The notes under the pieces were generated by a model. The model worked only from the letters and a program-made list of their open reading frames with translations. It was not told the origin of the DNA and made no database searches. This document shows, piece after piece, positions 22,320 through 24,000 of a stretch of 24,000 nucleotides of DNA; position 1 is the stretch's first letter; every line of letters begins with the position of its first letter. The translations under genes and the position numbers were made by a program. This stretch comes from an uncultured archaeon (lineage in GTDB: Archaea > Asgardarchaeota > Lokiarchaeia > Sigyniarchaeales > SOKP01), in assembly GCA_964583985.1 (NCBI GenBank), contig CAZOYD010000023.1:18887-42886 (forward strand), read 5' to 3'.

Positions 22320-24000
22320 ATGTCAAATGGATATATGGGAAAAATTTTATGGATAGATCTTTCGACTGAGAAACTTGAGGAAGAAGAGTTATCTGAAGAA
22401 ATTTACCGTGATTATTTAGGGGGATATGGTCTAGCTGCTAAGTTAATTTATGAAAATATGCTCGCTAAAACAGAACCAATGAGTCCAGATGCCATATTTG
22501 GTTTTTTTCCAGGATTATTAACTGGTACAGTAGCACCTTTATCAGGTCGTTTTATGGTAGCGGGCAAATCTCCACTTACTAAAACATGGGGCGACTCAAA
22601 CTGCGGAGGATATTTTGGTCCAGAGATTAAGAAGTGTGGATTTGATGCAATACTAATTAAGGGAATGGCAAATAACCCAAAATACGTGACAATTATAGGA
22701 GAAGAGAAGCAAATAATAGATGCTTCAGATTTATGGGGTTTGGATGTTGTTCAAACAGAAAATTTGCTGAAAGATAAGTATGGAAACGTTCAAATTGCTA
22801 GCATTGGTCAAGCTGGCGAAAATTTGAGTTTAATTTCCGGAATTGTTAATGATAAAGCAAGAATTGCAGGAAGATCTGGTTTTGGAGCTGTGATGGGGTC
22901 CAAAAAGCTCAAAGCAATTGTTCTCAAAGGAGCAAAAAAGATTGAGGTTGCTAATAAGGATGCTCTCACCCAACATACAAAAGATTATAATGAAGGCATT
23001 AACAATGCTACCGCAGGTGGAATTGAGGGTTATAGAACATTAGGGACTACTATGGGAAATGAAATATTATTTCAAATAGGAGATACTCCCTGCAAGAATT
23101 GGGGGGGAACAAAAGAAGATTTTCCCCCAGAGAGGTTATCAAAAATATCAGGTGTTGAAATAGATAAATATAAACAAAAAGCATATGGATGTTTCGCATG
23201 TCCCGTTCGTTGCGGTGCAATTATGAAAGTCCCGGAAGTGAATTTAGAAGAAACTCATAGACCAGAGTATGAAACTTGTGCTAGTTTTGGACATCTATTA
23301 CTTAACGACGATCTTATGTCAATATTTAAAGCGAATGATTTGTGCAATCGCGCTGGAATTGATACAATTTCAGCTGGAGCAACAATTGCGTTTGCAATCG
23401 AATGTTACGAAAATAATTTAATTTCTAAGGATGATGTTGATGGATTGGAATTAACATGGGGAAATTCAGAGTCTATAATTGAATTATTAAATAAAATGAT
23501 AAATCGGGAAGGGTTTGGTGATTTACTAGCAGACGGTTCTAAAATTGCAGCAGAAAAATTAGGGAGAGGATCGGAATATGCCATGCACTCAATGGGTCAA
23601 GAATTAGGCATGCATTCGCCAAAATATTATAAAAATATGGGTACCACATTTGCATTTGATCCAACACCCGGTAGGCATACTACAGCAAGCTTGGATTTTT
23701 TTGTTATGGGCCCGATAATTAAACCAAATGGATTGTTTGAAGGAATTATATTACCAAAAAAATTTAAACGCCCAGGGGAGGATAGGAGTGATGCTGAAAA
23801 ACTATTTACTGAGATAATGCAATTTACTAATAGTCTTGGACTATGTGAATTTGCTTATGTTTTTCAGAAATACCCCCTATTAGAATTAGTTAAAGCAGTT
23901 GTAGGATGGGACTTAGATATCGCTGAAGCGATTAAAATTGGTCAAAGAATTCAAACTTTGAGGCAAGCATTCACACTACGAGAAGGTATAGAGATTATTA
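22320..24000 (+). CDS. aor: tungsten-type aldehyde:ferredoxin oxidoreductase (AOR family), 5' ~560 codons; continues past right window edge
   Basis: Absent from the track because it has no stop in the window. I read the frame from ATG 22320 to 24000 without a stop. MSNGYMGKILWIDLSTEKLEEEELSEEIYRDYLGGYGLAAKLIY, GRSGFGAVMGSKKLKAIVL, the [4Fe-4S] motif CFACPVRCG, RPEYETCASFG and DTISAGATIAFAIECYE. Confidence 0.9.
   Translation, partial: MSNGYMGKILWIDLSTEKLEEEELSEEIYRDYLGGYGLAAKLIYENMLAKTEPMSPDAIFGFFPGLLTGTVAPLSGRFMVAGKSPLTKTWGDSNCGGYFGPEIKKCGFDAILIKGMANNPKYVTIIGEEKQIIDASDLWGLDVVQTENLLKDKYGNVQIASIGQAGENLSLISGIVNDKARIAGRSGFGAVMGSKKLKAIVLKGAKKIEVANKDALTQHTKDYNEGINNATAGGIEGYRTLGTTMGNEILFQIGDTPCKNWGGTKEDFPPERLSKISGVEIDKYKQKAYGCFACPVRCGAIMKVPEVNLEETHRPEYETCASFGHLLLNDDLMSIFKANDLCNRAGIDTISAGATIAFAIECYENNLISKDDVDGLELTWGNSESIIELLNKMINREGFGDLLADGSKIAAEKLGRGSEYAMHSMGQELGMHSPKYYKNMGTTFAFDPTPGRHTTASLDFFVMGPIIKPNGLFEGIILPKKFKRPGEDRSDAEKLFTEIMQFTNSLGLCEFAYVFQKYPLLELVKAVVGWDLDIAEAIKIGQRIQTLRQAFTLREGIEII

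Noticed and set aside
1-24000. Genome-wide TGA reassignment (e.g. code 4 or 25) as the explanation for the in-frame TGAs
   Set aside because: TGA ends well-supported genes at 4974..4976, 20494..20496 and 21455..21457 at the expected protein lengths. TGA is therefore a normal stop here, and the four cases are site-specific.
1-24000. tRNA, rRNA or other structured RNA genes
   Set aside because: I spotted no GC-enriched 70-120-nt islands or cloverleaf-compatible segments in the intergenic regions. This was a visual scan only, so tRNAscan/Infernal should confirm it.

Overview
Very AT-rich, densely coding archaeal chromosomal segment. The anaerobe gene set (HdrA/MvhD, tungsten-type aldehyde:ferredoxin oxidoreductase, archaeal-type HisRS) and the style of selenocysteine use suggest an Asgard/Lokiarchaeota-like archaeon; that lineage call is inference only. 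I support about 28 protein genes. I saw no rRNA, tRNA, CRISPR array, transposase or integrase. Two large genes are missing from the ORF track because they run off the window edges: a TPR/SNAP-like gene at <1..954(-) and an AOR gene at 22320..>24000(+). Main points: (1) The minus-strand hdrA-mvhD operon appears in the track as fragments, but it is continuous if four in-frame TGA codons are read as selenocysteine. Each TGA sits at a conserved Cys position, and TGA is a normal stop elsewhere in the window. (2) The mvhD 3'UTR holds a hairpin with an AUGA...AAA...GA layout, resembling a eukaryote-like (kink-turn) SECIS. It would have to serve UGAs up to about 2.4 kb upstream, because hdrA has no 3'UTR of its own. 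(3) A class-I SAM methyltransferase gene lies directly upstream of a single-polypeptide HgcA-HgcB-like fusion (corrinoid domain, 4 TM, 2x[4Fe-4S]). The fusion's cap-helix motif reads NVWCGACGDDF instead of NVWCAAGKGTF, and an SPFH/stomatin gene follows. This is the best candidate for an uncharacterised system. (4) A BlaI/BlaR1-like regulator-protease pair sits divergent from an operon of an unlisted small membrane ORF (good SD, only an ATT start), an ABC ATPase and an ABC-2 permease, with repeated TATTACA/TTCTATTG motifs in the shared control region. (5) Smaller oddities: a DtxR/MntR-family gene whose conserved N-terminus lies upstream of any canonical start codon; a divergent adenylate-forming enzyme; a 697-aa metallophosphoesterase with an unknown N-terminal domain; a triple phased repeat upstream of pyrF; and a low-coding AT-rich stretch (8660..9776). 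All homology statements come from motif recognition by eye. No database search was run.
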